A DNA stretch of 48,111 bases from NCBI GenBank assembly GCA_964250815.1, contig CAXUIQ010000001.1:1-48111 (forward strand). The letters run 5' to 3'. Each line of letters begins with the position of its first letter. Position 1 is the first letter of the stretch. This document shows, one piece after another, positions 1 to 9,589 of the stretch. Under the pieces are notes generated by a model. It searched no databases, was not told the origin of the DNA, and saw nothing but the letters and a program-made list of their open reading frames with translations. Source of the DNA: an uncultured Acetobacteraceae bacterium (GTDB lineage: Bacteria; Pseudomonadota; Alphaproteobacteria; Acetobacterales; Acetobacteraceae). The position numbers and the translations under genes were made by a program.

Positions 1-54
1 TGGAAAGCGTGTGTGCGTGCAAGCGTACCGTGGGTTCGAATCCCACTCTCTCCG
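1..54 (+). tRNA. tRNA-Ser(GGA), 3' part (5' end lies outside the window)
   Basis: T-GGA-AA anticodon loop at 1-6, long variable arm (GTGCGT-GCA-AGCGTAC), T-arm GTGGG-TTCGAAT-CCCAC, acceptor strand TCTCTCC plus discriminator G; CCA not encoded. Confidence 0.93.
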
Positions 55-422
55 CACCCGCAACAGTCATCCTGAACCTTTGGTGTCTATCCGGGATCAT
101 GTCCTGGTTTGGCGCAGCTTTCGCGTCATGCTCCAGCCCTGCACCCTTACGGATGCCGAATTTGCACCACCCCCGCGGACACCATCCGGGGCGGCGCCTG
201 GACGGGAAAGGCGACGAAGAGCTTGCTGGCGCGAAAAGGCGCCCAGTGGGGCAGAAAACGCGAAGGTGCAAAACCATGCGTCGGCGACGCCGCACGCGCC
301 GCCCCGCCTGTTTGACAAGCAACGCTGTTTCTTTGCAGAAAGTCGGGATGGCCGAAACCAAACCATCGTACCGTTTGGGACTATCCGCCATCTTGTCGAA
401 CATCAACTTCGTCTAGACGCAG

Positions 423-1784
423 GTGGCTCCGAAGATGCCCGTCATCCCCCTCCATACTCTCACGTCCCAGTCGCTGGACGCGAAGTTCGCGAAGAAGCAG
501 CGGCGCTATGACAGCAAATACAGCGCGTCCTACCTCCACCATCCCTCGCCGCCGCCGAAGCTTGTGGAGCCTCCCCGGCCGCCAAACCCGACCTTCGAGG
601 CGCTGCGCGCTGCCGCGGCACGCTTGAACCTTCCTACGGAGGACGATCAGTATGGCCCGCCCGCGGCGGCGGCGGCCCTCCCGGCGCGGCGGCACCCCAT
701 CCGCAAGGCCCTGCTGGGCACGGCCGCGGCGCTGGCATTGTGCGCGCTTGCGGCGGCAGGCTATTGCGCATCGGCTGCAAGGACGCCCGAGGACATCCCG
801 GCCGTGGTCAACGCCGCCTTGGCGAGCCTTGCCCAGCGTGTCCATGACCTTGCGGCAGACCAGGCGGTGTTCCGCACGGTAGGCGAGAGGATCGCGCTGT
901 TGCTGCCCACGTCCCCGCCGGCGCCCGAGGCGGAGCCTGTCGTGCCGCCGGCACCAGACGGGCCGACGGGGGACACGGCCCTGCGCCCGGCGCCGCCATC
1001 GGCACGGCCCGTGGCCGCCGCTGCCGTACCAACGCCCGAGCCGGCAGGACAAGCCGACCCGGCGCCCGCCCAAGCCGAGCCGGGACGCTTCCCGCCTGTT
1101 GCCGCCGCTTCGTCCGATGCGGCAGAGGCGGCAGAGGCGGCAGAGGCGGCAGCGGGATCTGCGCCGCCGGGCGTCACTGCGCAACAGTTGGCCGACACGA
1201 TCGCCCTGGTGCGGCAAATGGGCCTGCTCATGCGCGACATGCAGGCCGAAAACGAGAGGCTGCGCACCCAGGCCGCAGGCTCGGCCGGCGTTTTGCAAGG
1301 CAAGGTGGCAGACCTTGAGCAACGCCTGGCCGCGACCGCGCAGGGCTTGCGCGATGCGCGCGACGAATACGCCCAAGCCCGTGCGCAGGCGGCAACGCTG
1401 GCCGATGCACTGCAAGCCAGCAGCAAGGCCATCGAGCAGCGGCTCGGCCCCGCATTCGCACGCGACCCAGCCGGCGCCGCTTCGAGGCTTGGCAAGCGGC
1501 AGGCCGACCCGCTGGCCCTGCCCGCTCCCGCGTCGTCCGGCGACGGCAACGCCGCGGCTGCCGACGCCACGGCGGCCGGCTTCGCCCGCACTGCGCGTGA
1601 CTACCATGTGGAAGCGGCGTCGCTGGGCATGGCGGTGCTGGGCGATGCCAACTCAGTGCCGGGGCAGGGCGCCAGGTACTTGGTCTCGGTCGGCGACCAG
1701 GTGCCCGGCGTCGGCCGCGTCACCAGCATCACCCAGCGCGGGACCTCATGGGTCGTGCAGACCGACCATGGCGCGATCCAGTAA
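423..1784 (+). CDS. Single-TM, Pro/Ala-rich, coiled-coil protein with a DotF/IcmG-like C-terminal beta domain
   Basis: 453-aa ORF; hydrophobic segment ALLGTAAALALCALAAAG; Pro/Ala linker; heptad-rich region (MRDMQAENERLR...LEQRLAATAQ); C-terminus YHVEAASLGMAVL...VGDQVPGVGRVTSI...WVVQTDHGAIQ. Start GTG 423 or ATG 435. Confidence 0.65.
   Translation: MAPKMPVIPLHTLTSQSLDAKFAKKQRRYDSKYSASYLHHPSPPPKLVEPPRPPNPTFEALRAAAARLNLPTEDDQYGPPAAAAALPARRHPIRKALLGTAAALALCALAAAGYCASAARTPEDIPAVVNAALASLAQRVHDLAADQAVFRTVGERIALLLPTSPPAPEAEPVVPPAPDGPTGDTALRPAPPSARPVAAAAVPTPEPAGQADPAPAQAEPGRFPPVAAASSDAAEAAEAAEAAAGSAPPGVTAQQLADTIALVRQMGLLMRDMQAENERLRTQAAGSAGVLQGKVADLEQRLAATAQGLRDARDEYAQARAQAATLADALQASSKAIEQRLGPAFARDPAGAASRLGKRQADPLALPAPASSGDGNAAAADATAAGFARTARDYHVEAASLGMAVLGDANSVPGQGARYLVSVGDQVPGVGRVTSITQRGTSWVVQTDHGAIQ
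1119..1152 (+). repeat. In-frame 9-bp tandem repeat (GCGGCAGAG x3 plus partial copy) encoding AAE repeats
   Basis: Directly visible in the sequence, in the linker of the 423..1784 ORF. Confidence 0.85.
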
Positions 1785-1861
1785 GGTCCGCCGACCGGGA
1801 AGCCGCCCGTCCCAAGCGGCGCCAGGGCCTGTCGAGAACCGATGCGGCGGTTGCCCGGCTG

Positions 1862-2212
1862 CTAGGCGCCGCGAGGCCGTTCGACGCCGCGGCGCAGGTG
1901 CCGGTCCACCCGCGCGTGCAGCAGCCGCACGAGTTCGGGCTGCATGAACCCGTAGCGGTCAGGAATGTCCAGGCAGACCACCCGGGCATTCTTGAGGTGC
2001 CGCTTGAACCGGCTTGCCAACTTCTTCCGGTGGGAGCGCTCCATGACGAAGACGATGTCGGCCCACTCAAGCAGCTCCGGCGTGCACGCGACATCGGCAT
2101 CGTTGTCCAAGCCTGCGGACATCGCTTCGATGCCGGCCTGCGCTGAAAAGACATGCTCGGCGGTGGGGCTGCGCAGCCGGTTCCGGCCGCACAGGAACAG
2201 GACGCGCCTCAT
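1862..2212 (-). CDS. Low-molecular-weight protein tyrosine phosphatase family protein (116 aa)
   Basis: C-terminal part of ORF 1862..3241: MRRVLFLCGRNRLRSPTAE carries the C-x5-R(S) P-loop; WADIVFVME and LDIPD motifs; GGAGG upstream of ATG 2212. Confidence 0.88.
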   Translation of the reverse strand: MRRVLFLCGRNRLRSPTAEHVFSAQAGIEAMSAGLDNDADVACTPELLEWADIVFVMERSHRKKLASRFKRHLKNARVVCLDIPDRYGFMQPELVRLLHARVDRHLRRGVERPRGA

Positions 2213-2289
2213 TCGGGCCTTCGCCTCCCTTCCTTCTGGAAGCCCGGCAGGCGCCATGGGCAGGCAGCCAGGCCGACGTTGGGCGGCGC

Positions 2290-3051
2290 TCAGTTCTTCA
2301 ACCGGTACCCCGTCTTGAACATCCACGTCACGAGCGCAAGGCACCCGCACAGGAAGGCCAGGGTCATGCCGAGGCTGGCGCCGACGCTGACATCCGCCCG
2401 GCCGAAGAAGCTCCAGCGGAAGCCGCTGACCAAGTAGAGCACCGGATTGAACAGCGTCACCGTCCGCCAGGCCGGCGGCAGCATGTCCACGGAATAGAAG
2501 CTGCCGCCCAGGAAGGTGAGCGGCGTCACCACCAGAAGCGGCACGAGCTGCAGCTTCTCGAACCCGTCTGCCCACAGCCCGATGATGAAGCCGAACAGGC
2601 TGAACGTCGCGGCGGTCAGGAGCAGGAACAGCGCCATCCAGCCCGGGTGGCCGATCCGCAGCGGCACGAACAAGGACGCGGTGAGCAGGATGATGACGCC
2701 GAGCAGCACCGACTTGGTCGCCGCAGCGCCGACGTAGCCCAGCACGATCTCGAACGGCGACACCGGGGCGGACAGGATTTCGTAGATGGTGCCCGAGAAG
2801 CGCGGGAAGTAGATGCCGAAGGAGGCGTTGGCGATGCTCTGCGTCAGCAGGGACAGCATCACCAGGCCCGGCACGATGAACGCGCCGTATGGCACGTCCT
2901 CCACGGTGCTGATCCGCGAGCCAATGGCCGCGCCGAACACCACGAAGTAGAGCGAGGTCGAGATCACCGGCGCCACGATGCTTTGCAGCAGCGTGCGCCG
3001 GGTGCGCGCCATCTCGAAGCCGTAGATCGCCCGGACCGCGTGGACGTTCAT
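2290..3051 (-). CDS. ABC-2 type transporter permease (YadH-like)
   Basis: 253 aa with about 6 TM segments; [19 protein letters not shown] and [12 protein letters not shown] motifs; overlaps the ATPase gene by ATGA. Confidence 0.9.
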   Translation of the reverse strand: MNVHAVRAIYGFEMARTRRTLLQSIVAPVISTSLYFVVFGAAIGSRISTVEDVPYGAFIVPGLVMLSLLTQSIANASFGIYFPRFSGTIYEILSAPVSPFEIVLGYVGAAATKSVLLGVIILLTASLFVPLRIGHPGWMALFLLLTAATFSLFGFIIGLWADGFEKLQLVPLLVVTPLTFLGGSFYSVDMLPPAWRTVTLFNPVLYLVSGFRWSFFGRADVSVGASLGMTLAFLCGCLALVTWMFKTGYRLKN

Positions 3052-3974
3052 GCCCGCTCCCGCAGCAGCCCGACGAAGATGTCCTCCAGCGAGCTTTGGC
3101 TGGTTTGCAGGTCCCGGAACCGGATGCCGGCAGCGCCGAGGTCGCGCAGCAGCGCCGTGATCCCCGTGCGCTCCCCCCGGGTGTCGTAGGTATAGACGAG
3201 TTCCGTGCCCCCCCGGGCCAGCTCCAGGCGGTAGGCGTCAAGCGCGGGCGGCACCTGGTCCAGCGGCGCCTGCAACTGCAGCGTGAGCTGCTTGCGCCCG
3301 AGCTTGCGCATCAGCTCGGCCTTCTCTTCCACCAGGATGATCTCGCCCCGGCTGATCACGCCGACGCGGTCGGCCATCTCCTCCGCCTCCTCGATGTAGT
3401 GGGTGGTGAGGATCACGGTCACGCCGCTGTCGCGCAGGGTCCGCACCAGGCGCCACATGTCCTGGCGCAGCTCCACGTCCACGCCGGCCGACGGCTCGTC
3501 GAGGAACAGGATGGCCGGCTCGTGCGACAGGGCCTTGGCGATCAGCACGCGGCGCTTCATGCCGCCGGACAGCGTCATGATGCGGTTGTCCTTCTTGTCC
3601 CACAGCGAAAGGGTCTTGAGCGTCCGCTCGATGTAGGCCGGGTCCGCGGGCTTGCCGAACAGGCCGCGGCTGAAGCCCACGGTGGCCCACACCGTCTCGA
3701 ACGCATCGGTGGTCAGCTCCTGCGGCACCAGGCCGATCTTGGCGCGGGCGGCGCGGAAGTCGCGCACGATGTCGTGCCCGTCCGCCAGGATCGTGCCGGC
3801 GCTTGGCCGGACGATGCCGCAGATGGCGCCGATCAGCGTGGTCTTGCCGGCCCCGTTCGGGCCGAGCAGCGCGAAGATCTCGCCGCGCCGGATGTCCAAG
3901 CTGACGTTGCGCAGCGCCTGGAAGCCGGAGGCGTAGGTCTTCGAGAGGTTGGCGACGGAGATGATCGGCGGCAT
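3048..3974 (-). CDS. ABC transporter ATP-binding protein (YadG-like)
   Basis: Walker [10 protein letters not shown], signature LSGGMKRR, Walker B LFLDEP, H-loop TTH. Confidence 0.93.
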   Translation of the reverse strand: MPPIISVANLSKTYASGFQALRNVSLDIRRGEIFALLGPNGAGKTTLIGAICGIVRPSAGTILADGHDIVRDFRAARAKIGLVPQELTTDAFETVWATVGFSRGLFGKPADPAYIERTLKTLSLWDKKDNRIMTLSGGMKRRVLIAKALSHEPAILFLDEPSAGVDVELRQDMWRLVRTLRDSGVTVILTTHYIEEAEEMADRVGVISRGEIILVEEKAELMRKLGRKQLTLQLQAPLDQVPPALDAYRLELARGGTELVYTYDTRGERTGITALLRDLGAAGIRFRDLQTSQSSLEDIFVGLLRERA

Positions 3975-4038
3975 GGCGCGGTGGTGTGGCGCGGCGGCGC
4001 GCCGGACGCAAGCCCATGGCGGGCCGGGTCCCGGGGCG

Positions 4039-4060
4039 GAACCCCGCCGGCGCGGGGTTC
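4039..4060. other. Perfect 9-bp inverted repeat between lutC and the ABC genes (possible terminator or mRNA stabiliser)
   Basis: GAACCCCGC-cggc-GCGGGGTTC, 21 bp past the lutC stop; no clear U-tract. Confidence 0.4.
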
Positions 4061-4080
4061 AGGCCCACTTCGCTCGCTGC

Positions 4081-4671
4081 TCAACCCCGCGCCAGCGGGA
4101 GCACGGACAGCGACCGCACGCCCTGGGCGCCGTGGATCAGCACGCCCTCGATGTCGGCGGTGGCGGACGGGCCGGTCTGGAACACCGCGTAGTGCGCCGT
4201 GCGGAACTCCGGGCGGCGGTAGGCGCCGTGGATGTCGGGCACGATGTCCGCGGGGTCGAGCAGCACGACCAGGTGCTGCGGCAGGTAGCCCAGGGTGTTG
4301 ACGCCAAGCTCCCGTTCGGTCAGGCAGACCGAGCCGGTTTCCGCCACCGCGAAGGCGGCGCGAACCACGCCAAAGTCCACGTCGGCGAGGTCTGCCGGCG
4401 GCATGTCCGGCGCCAGGGCGCGGTTGCCCGCGACCTCCGGCACGTTGGAGCAGACGACCTTGGCATCCCGCAGCTTGTCCCGCACCGGGGCGAGCGGGTC
4501 GGGGGCGCCGGGCTGCAGGAACGTGCCGCCCATCTGCTCCAGCCTGCGGGCGAACTCGGCCAGCAGGTCCGGCGGCGGCTCCCGGCCGAACGGCGGCACG
4601 GCCGGCTCCGGCCGGTCCCCCTTCGGCCGGTGCGCGCGCACCGCGGCGAGGATGGCGTCGCGGCTGCTCAT
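4081..4671 (-). CDS. lutC: Lactate utilization protein C (LUD domain, LutC/YkgG)
   Basis: MSSRDAILAAVR start (C-terminal part of ORF 4081..5997); AVAETGSV and TGPSATADIEGVLIHGAQG LUD motifs; ATGA overlap with lutB. Confidence 0.9.
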   Translation of the reverse strand: MSSRDAILAAVRAHRPKGDRPEPAVPPFGREPPPDLLAEFARRLEQMGGTFLQPGAPDPLAPVRDKLRDAKVVCSNVPEVAGNRALAPDMPPADLADVDFGVVRAAFAVAETGSVCLTERELGVNTLGYLPQHLVVLLDPADIVPDIHGAYRRPEFRTAHYAVFQTGPSATADIEGVLIHGAQGVRSLSVLPLARG

Positions 4672-6251
4672 GGCCCGGTCCCTTTGTGCTTCTGCGCTCC
4701 CTCCTTGGCTGCGCGGTTCTCCGCATACCACTGGTGGAACGTCTGCCGCGGCGCCGGCGGCATCTCGCGCCCGCGTCCCCAGCTGTTCAGCCGGTTGTAG
4801 ATCACGAAGCGCGGCAGGTGCCTGAGCGCGCTGTCGGCCATCGGCAGCGCCGCCCGGTACAGCTTGGGACTGGACAGCAGCACGCCCGCCGCCTTCATCG
4901 CCGCCCTCTTCATCAGCGGCAGCTCGTGCGTCTCCGACATCACCTGGCGCCAGTCGGCGATCTGCTCGTGGATGTTGATCTTCACCGGGCACACGTTGGT
5001 GCAGGAGCCGTTCAGCGTGGAGGAGAACGGCAGCTTGCTGTACTTCCGGGCGTTGAAGGTCGGGTTGATGATGAGGCCGATCGGCCCGGCATAGGTCGCG
5101 CCGTAGCTCAGGCCCCCGCTGCGCCGGAACACCGGGCAGGTGTTCATGCAGGCCCCGCAGCGGATGCACTTGAGCGACGTCCAGAACTTCTCCATCCCCA
5201 GCCGCTCGGACCGCCCGTTGTCCACCAGCACCACGTGCATCTCCCCACCCCGGCGCGGGCCGCGGAAGTGCGAGGTGTACTGCGTGATCGGCGATCCCAG
5301 CGCGCTGCGGGACAGCAGCCTGATGAACACCGCGAGGTGGTCGAGCCGCGGGATCACCTTCTCGATGCCGATGGAGGCGATGTGCAGGGGCGGCGTGTTG
5401 GCGGACAGGTCTGCGTTGCCCTCGTTGGTGCAGACGACGATGCCGCCCGTTTCCGCCACGGCGAAGTTGGCCCCGGTCATGCCGGCGTCGGCGCCGAGGA
5501 TCAGCGGCCGGGTCGCGTCCCGCTGCTGGCGGGCGAGGTAGGGCACGTCCCGCGAGTTCGGGTCGGACCCCAGCTTCTCGTGGAACACCCGGGCCACGTC
5601 GGCGCGCAGCTTGTGGACGGCGGGCACGACGACATGGCTCGGCGCCTCGTTGTCGAGCTGCTGGATGCGCTCGCCCAGGTCGGTCTCGACGACCTCGACC
5701 TCCTGCTCCTTCATGAAATCGCGGAAGCCGCACTCCTCGGTCAGCATGGACTTGCTCTTGATCAGCCGCCGGGCGCCGTGGTCGCGCAGGAGGCCCAGCA
5801 CGATCCGGTTGTGCTCCTCCCCGTCCGCGGCCCAATGGACGTGGACGCCCTGCGCCCGCGCGTTGGCCTCGAACTGCTCCAAGTACTCGTCGAGGTGGGC
5901 GAGCGCGTGCTCCTTGATGGCGGACGCCAGGCTGCGCAGCTCCTCCCATTCCGCGATGCCGTGCATCTCGCGGTCGCGCTTGCGGCGCAGGTCCCACAGC
6001 CGCTCGTCGTGCATCTTCTCGTGCTCGGTCGCGGCGATGAAGCGGTCGGCGGCCTCGCTCTGGTCCACCGGTCGGTTGCCGCGGACCACCGCGCCGCGCG
6101 GCTGCGGCTCGGGCCGGCCGGAGGACATGGGCTGGGACGTGCCCTCGGCGTGGTCGAGGCGGCGGCCATGGCGCGTCTCGCTCTCCGGCGGGCCTGGGTC
6201 GCGCAACTCGGGGTGCAGCATCGGCCCAGGCTTGGCCATGTCCTCGCTCAT
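4668..6251 (-). CDS. lutB: Lactate utilization protein B (LUD plus Fe-S, LutB/YkgF)
   Basis: KSKSMLTEE, ETDLGE, PSHVVVPAVH, TGANF, NEGN and CIRCGACMNTCP motifs; ATG 6251 overlaps the lutA stop. Confidence 0.92.
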   Translation of the reverse strand: MSEDMAKPGPMLHPELRDPGPPESETRHGRRLDHAEGTSQPMSSGRPEPQPRGAVVRGNRPVDQSEAADRFIAATEHEKMHDERLWDLRRKRDREMHGIAEWEELRSLASAIKEHALAHLDEYLEQFEANARAQGVHVHWAADGEEHNRIVLGLLRDHGARRLIKSKSMLTEECGFRDFMKEQEVEVVETDLGERIQQLDNEAPSHVVVPAVHKLRADVARVFHEKLGSDPNSRDVPYLARQQRDATRPLILGADAGMTGANFAVAETGGIVVCTNEGNADLSANTPPLHIASIGIEKVIPRLDHLAVFIRLLSRSALGSPITQYTSHFRGPRRGGEMHVVLVDNGRSERLGMEKFWTSLKCIRCGACMNTCPVFRRSGGLSYGATYAGPIGLIINPTFNARKYSKLPFSSTLNGSCTNVCPVKINIHEQIADWRQVMSETHELPLMKRAAMKAAGVLLSSPKLYRAALPMADSALRHLPRFVIYNRLNSWGRGREMPPAPRQTFHQWYAENRAAKEGAQKHKGTGP

Positions 6252-6991
6252 GCCCGCGCTCCGTTCAGGATCTTGGCGATGTGGATGTGCTTGACGGGAA
6301 TGCCGGCGCGCTCGGCGCAGCCCTGCTGGTGCATCAGGCAGGAGCTGTCGGAGGACGCGACGTACTCCGCCCCGCTCTGCATCTGGTCCTGCACCTTGTC
6401 GTGGCCCATCTTGGCCGACACGCCCGCCTCGAACACCGAGAAGGTGCCGCCGAAGCCGCAGCACTCGTCGGGCCGGGCCAGCTCCACGAACTCGATGCCG
6501 CGCACCCGGGCCAGCAGGTCACGTGGCTTGGAGAACTGGCGCCCCCGCAGCTCCGACATGCTGGCGATGCCGAGGCCGCGCAGCGTGTTGCAGTTGTGGT
6601 GCAACGCCACCTTGTGCGGGAACTCGGCCCAGGGGAACGCATCGACCTGCAGGATGTCGTGCAGGAACTCCACCAGCTCGAACGTCCTGGCGCGGACCCG
6701 GCGCACCTCCTCCGTCTGCTCGATGGCGTCGAGGTTGTGGCGCACCTGATGGACGCAGGAGCCGGACGGGGCAACGACATAATCGTAGGGCGCGAAGTTG
6801 CGTACGAACAGCGCCTCCGTCGCGGCCGACTCCTCGTGGCAGCCGGTGTTGGTCATCGGCTGGCCGCAGCAGGTCTGGTCATACGGGTAGTCCACATCGA
6901 GGCCCAGCCGCTCCAGCAGCTCAAGCGTCGCGATGCCCACATCCGGCTCGAAGGCATCGACGTAGCAGGGGACGAACAATCCGACGCGCAT
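6248..6991 (-). CDS. lutA: Lactate utilization protein A (CCG-domain Fe-S protein, LutA/YkgE)
   Basis: Two CCG motifs (QTCCGQP, ECCGFGGTFS), PSGSC and DSSCLMH. Confidence 0.92.
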   Translation of the reverse strand: MRVGLFVPCYVDAFEPDVGIATLELLERLGLDVDYPYDQTCCGQPMTNTGCHEESAATEALFVRNFAPYDYVVAPSGSCVHQVRHNLDAIEQTEEVRRVRARTFELVEFLHDILQVDAFPWAEFPHKVALHHNCNTLRGLGIASMSELRGRQFSKPRDLLARVRGIEFVELARPDECCGFGGTFSVFEAGVSAKMGHDKVQDQMQSGAEYVASSDSSCLMHQQGCAERAGIPVKHIHIAKILNGARA

Positions 6992-7010
6992 GGCGGTGCT
7001 CCCGGCCCCT

Positions 7011-8741
7011 TCAACGGAACAGGTTGGTGCGGGCGAGGTCGAGGACCTCCGTGCCGCGCCCGTCCAGCACGGCCTTGGCGACCCACAGGCTGAAGCCGGC
7101 GGCCTGCTTCGCGCCGAGCTTGGGCGGCATCGCCAGCTCCTGCCGGGCCGTCACCACGTCGAGCAGGGCGGGGCCGTCATGCGCCAGGACCGCCCGCACG
7201 GCGTCCGCCAGTTCGCTTGGGTCCTCGACCCTTTGGGCGAACAGCCCGGCGCCGCGGGCCATCGCGGAGAAGTCCGGGTTGACCAGCGCGACCCCGGTCT
7301 CCAGCAGCCCGGCCGCCTTCATCTCCATCTCGACGAAGCCCAGGCTGCCGTTGTTGAACACCACGACCTTGACCGGCAGCTTGTGCTGCACGAGCGTCAG
7401 CAGGTCGCCCATCAGCATGGTGAAGCCGCCGTCGCCGGACAAGGAAATCACCTGCCGGTTCAGGTAGGTGGCCTGCGCGCCGATGGCCTGCGGCATCGCG
7501 TTGGCCATGGAGCCGTGGTTCCAGGAGCCGACCAGCCGCCGCTTGCCGCCCACCTTGAGGTAGCGCGCGGCCCAGATGGTCGGCGTGCCCACGTCGCAGG
7601 TGAACACCGCGTCGTCGGACGCCAGCTCGTTCAGCGTCTTGGCCAGGAACTGCGGGTGGATCGGCTTGTGCCCGGGGCGGCCCACCGCGAGGTCGTCCAG
7701 GCCCTCCCGCGACTTGGCAAAGGCGGCGAGGCACGCATCAAGGTGCGCGCGGTCGGACATGGGCGTGAGCCGCGGCAGCAGCGCCTCCAACGTCGCGCCC
7801 ACGTCGCCGACCACGCCGAGGTCGATACGGCAGCGGCGCCCGAGGTTCTCCGCCCGCAGGTCCACCTGGGCGATGGTCGCGTCCGTCGGGTAGAACTGCC
7901 GGTACGGGAAGTCGGTGCCGAGCATCAGCAGCATGTCGCAGCCCATCATGGCCTGGTAGCCGCTGCTGAAGCCGATCAGCCCGGTCATGCCGACGTCGTA
8001 GGGGTTGTCGTGCTCGACGCCCTCCTTGCCGCCCAGCGCGTGGACGATGGGCGACTTCAGGGTTTCGGCCAGGCGCATCAGCGGCGCGTGGGCGTCGGCG
8101 CAGCCGCGCCCGCACAGCAGCGTCACCTTGGTGGACCCGTTCAGCAGCGTGGCCAGCGCGTCCAACTCGCCGTCCGCCGGGCGCACCACCGCGGGGGCGG
8201 GCAGCAGGAAGGGCGACAGGGCCGCGTCGGACGGCATGGGAAGCATGGCGACGTCGCCGGGCAGCACGAGCACGGACACGCCGCGCTTGGCGACGGCGGT
8301 CCGGATCGCGGTTTCCAGCACGCCGGGCATCTGCTCGGGGGTCGTGACCATCTCGCAGAAGTGGCTGCACTCCCCGAACAGGTTCTGCGGATGGGTTTCC
8401 TGGAAGTAGTTGCGCCCGATCTCGGCGCTCGGGATTTGCGCCGCGATGGCCAGCACCGGCACGCGGGACCGGTGGCAGTCGAACAGGCCGTTGATCAGGT
8501 GCAGGTTGCCCGGCCCGCAACTGCCGGCGCAGACCGCGAGCGAGCCGGTCAGGTGCGCTTCCCCGCCGGCCGCGAAGGCGGCCACCTCCTCGTGCCGGGT
8601 GTGGACCCAGTCGATGCCGCCGTGCTGGCGCAAGGCTTCGGTGAGGGCGTTCAGGCTGTCGCCGGCCACGCCGTAGATGCGGCGGACGCCGGCGGCGTAG
8701 AGCGCCTCGACGACCAGGCCGGCGACGTTCTGTTTGCTCAT
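7011..8741 (-). CDS. poxB: Pyruvate:quinone oxidoreductase (ThDP/FAD), PoxB
   Basis: 576 aa; GDSLN, RHEEVAAFAA, GSCGPGNLH, YFQETHP and ThDP motif GDGG...NN; C-terminal LARTNLFR; GAGGAGG upstream. Confidence 0.95.
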   Translation of the reverse strand: MSKQNVAGLVVEALYAAGVRRIYGVAGDSLNALTEALRQHGGIDWVHTRHEEVAAFAAGGEAHLTGSLAVCAGSCGPGNLHLINGLFDCHRSRVPVLAIAAQIPSAEIGRNYFQETHPQNLFGECSHFCEMVTTPEQMPGVLETAIRTAVAKRGVSVLVLPGDVAMLPMPSDAALSPFLLPAPAVVRPADGELDALATLLNGSTKVTLLCGRGCADAHAPLMRLAETLKSPIVHALGGKEGVEHDNPYDVGMTGLIGFSSGYQAMMGCDMLLMLGTDFPYRQFYPTDATIAQVDLRAENLGRRCRIDLGVVGDVGATLEALLPRLTPMSDRAHLDACLAAFAKSREGLDDLAVGRPGHKPIHPQFLAKTLNELASDDAVFTCDVGTPTIWAARYLKVGGKRRLVGSWNHGSMANAMPQAIGAQATYLNRQVISLSGDGGFTMLMGDLLTLVQHKLPVKVVVFNNGSLGFVEMEMKAAGLLETGVALVNPDFSAMARGAGLFAQRVEDPSELADAVRAVLAHDGPALLDVVTARQELAMPPKLGAKQAAGFSLWVAKAVLDGRGTEVLDLARTNLFR

Positions 8742-9589
8742 GTGTGGGCTTCCTCCTCAAGAGACGTGCCTGGCTGCCGCGGCTCCGCTGGCCGGCCATG
8801 CGTCCTGGCCGCGACGGCAGGACGCCGCCTCATGGCGCTGGCGAGCCGCCCGTCCGATGGCCGGGATGGCTGCCGCCGTGCCCGGGCGTCCTCCGGCGCA
8901 GCCGCCGAGCGGGAGCGGCCTCGCTTGCCGATGCCGGCGGCCGGGTCTCCATCTCCTTGCAGCAACTCGCCGGCGGCGACGCGCAGGCAACTTCATGGCC
9001 GGCCACCCCAACGTCGCCGCATCGCCGCGGGGCGTCAAGTCGGATGGCGCGTCCAGGGAGGCCATGCCGCCAGGGCGGACGTGCTGACCGGACCTGCACC
9101 CCGCCCTGCGCCGCAGCCCGAAGCGCGGCGCGGCCACGGCTGCGCGCCCCGGCGTTCCGCTTCGGCAAGGAGGCGGGCGACTTGCCCGGCAAGAGCCGCC
9201 CCGTCCACGGACGCCGGCACGGCCGGACCCTCGCGGCCTTCCTGGGAAACACTCGTACGGGCCGGGCGGCCTGCGGCGGCTCTTCCGGGGGTCCAGGCAG
9301 GCTTGCACTCCTCCGGCACGCCGCCTTTCCCGAACTGTCGCCACCGGTCCCCCGGTTTGGCCCGCCCGGCGTCGCATGGCCGGAAACCACGGGAGCAAGC
9401 CCAATCAGACGAACGGCGGAGCGGATCACCGGGCCTTCGGCCTGACGCAGGTCGAGGCGGAACGCAGCAGCCCGGAGCGTCCATGCCGCCGTTTCGTCGG
9501 TGAACCGAGCCATCGGGGTGCCGCGCCGGCGCAAGGGTGCGCGCCGCCGGCGGCGTGGCCTGCGCCCAGGGCGCGAGAACCGGACTGCT

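Noticed and set aside
1119-1152. Tandem repeat as a CRISPR array or phase-variation tract
   Set aside because: The 9-bp unit preserves frame and has no spacers; it is only linker-length variation. No CRISPR array or cas gene was seen in the window
381-1607. Long antisense and alternate-frame ORFs here and throughout (e.g. 4686..6749, 6990..9503, 13937..16000, 30187..32433, 32457..34652)
   Set aside because: Arg/Gly/Pro-rich shadow frames of well-supported genes, expected at high GC; no family motifs
1-1800. tRNA-anchored genomic island or prophage
   Set aside because: No integrase follows the tRNA and I found no duplicate of the tRNA 3' end in the window (searched by eye only)
1862-2212. 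LMW phosphatase as the Wzb partner of the glycan cluster, or as arsenate reductase ArsC
   Set aside because: It lies 8 kb away in a different transcription unit, with no Wzc kinase or ars genes in the window
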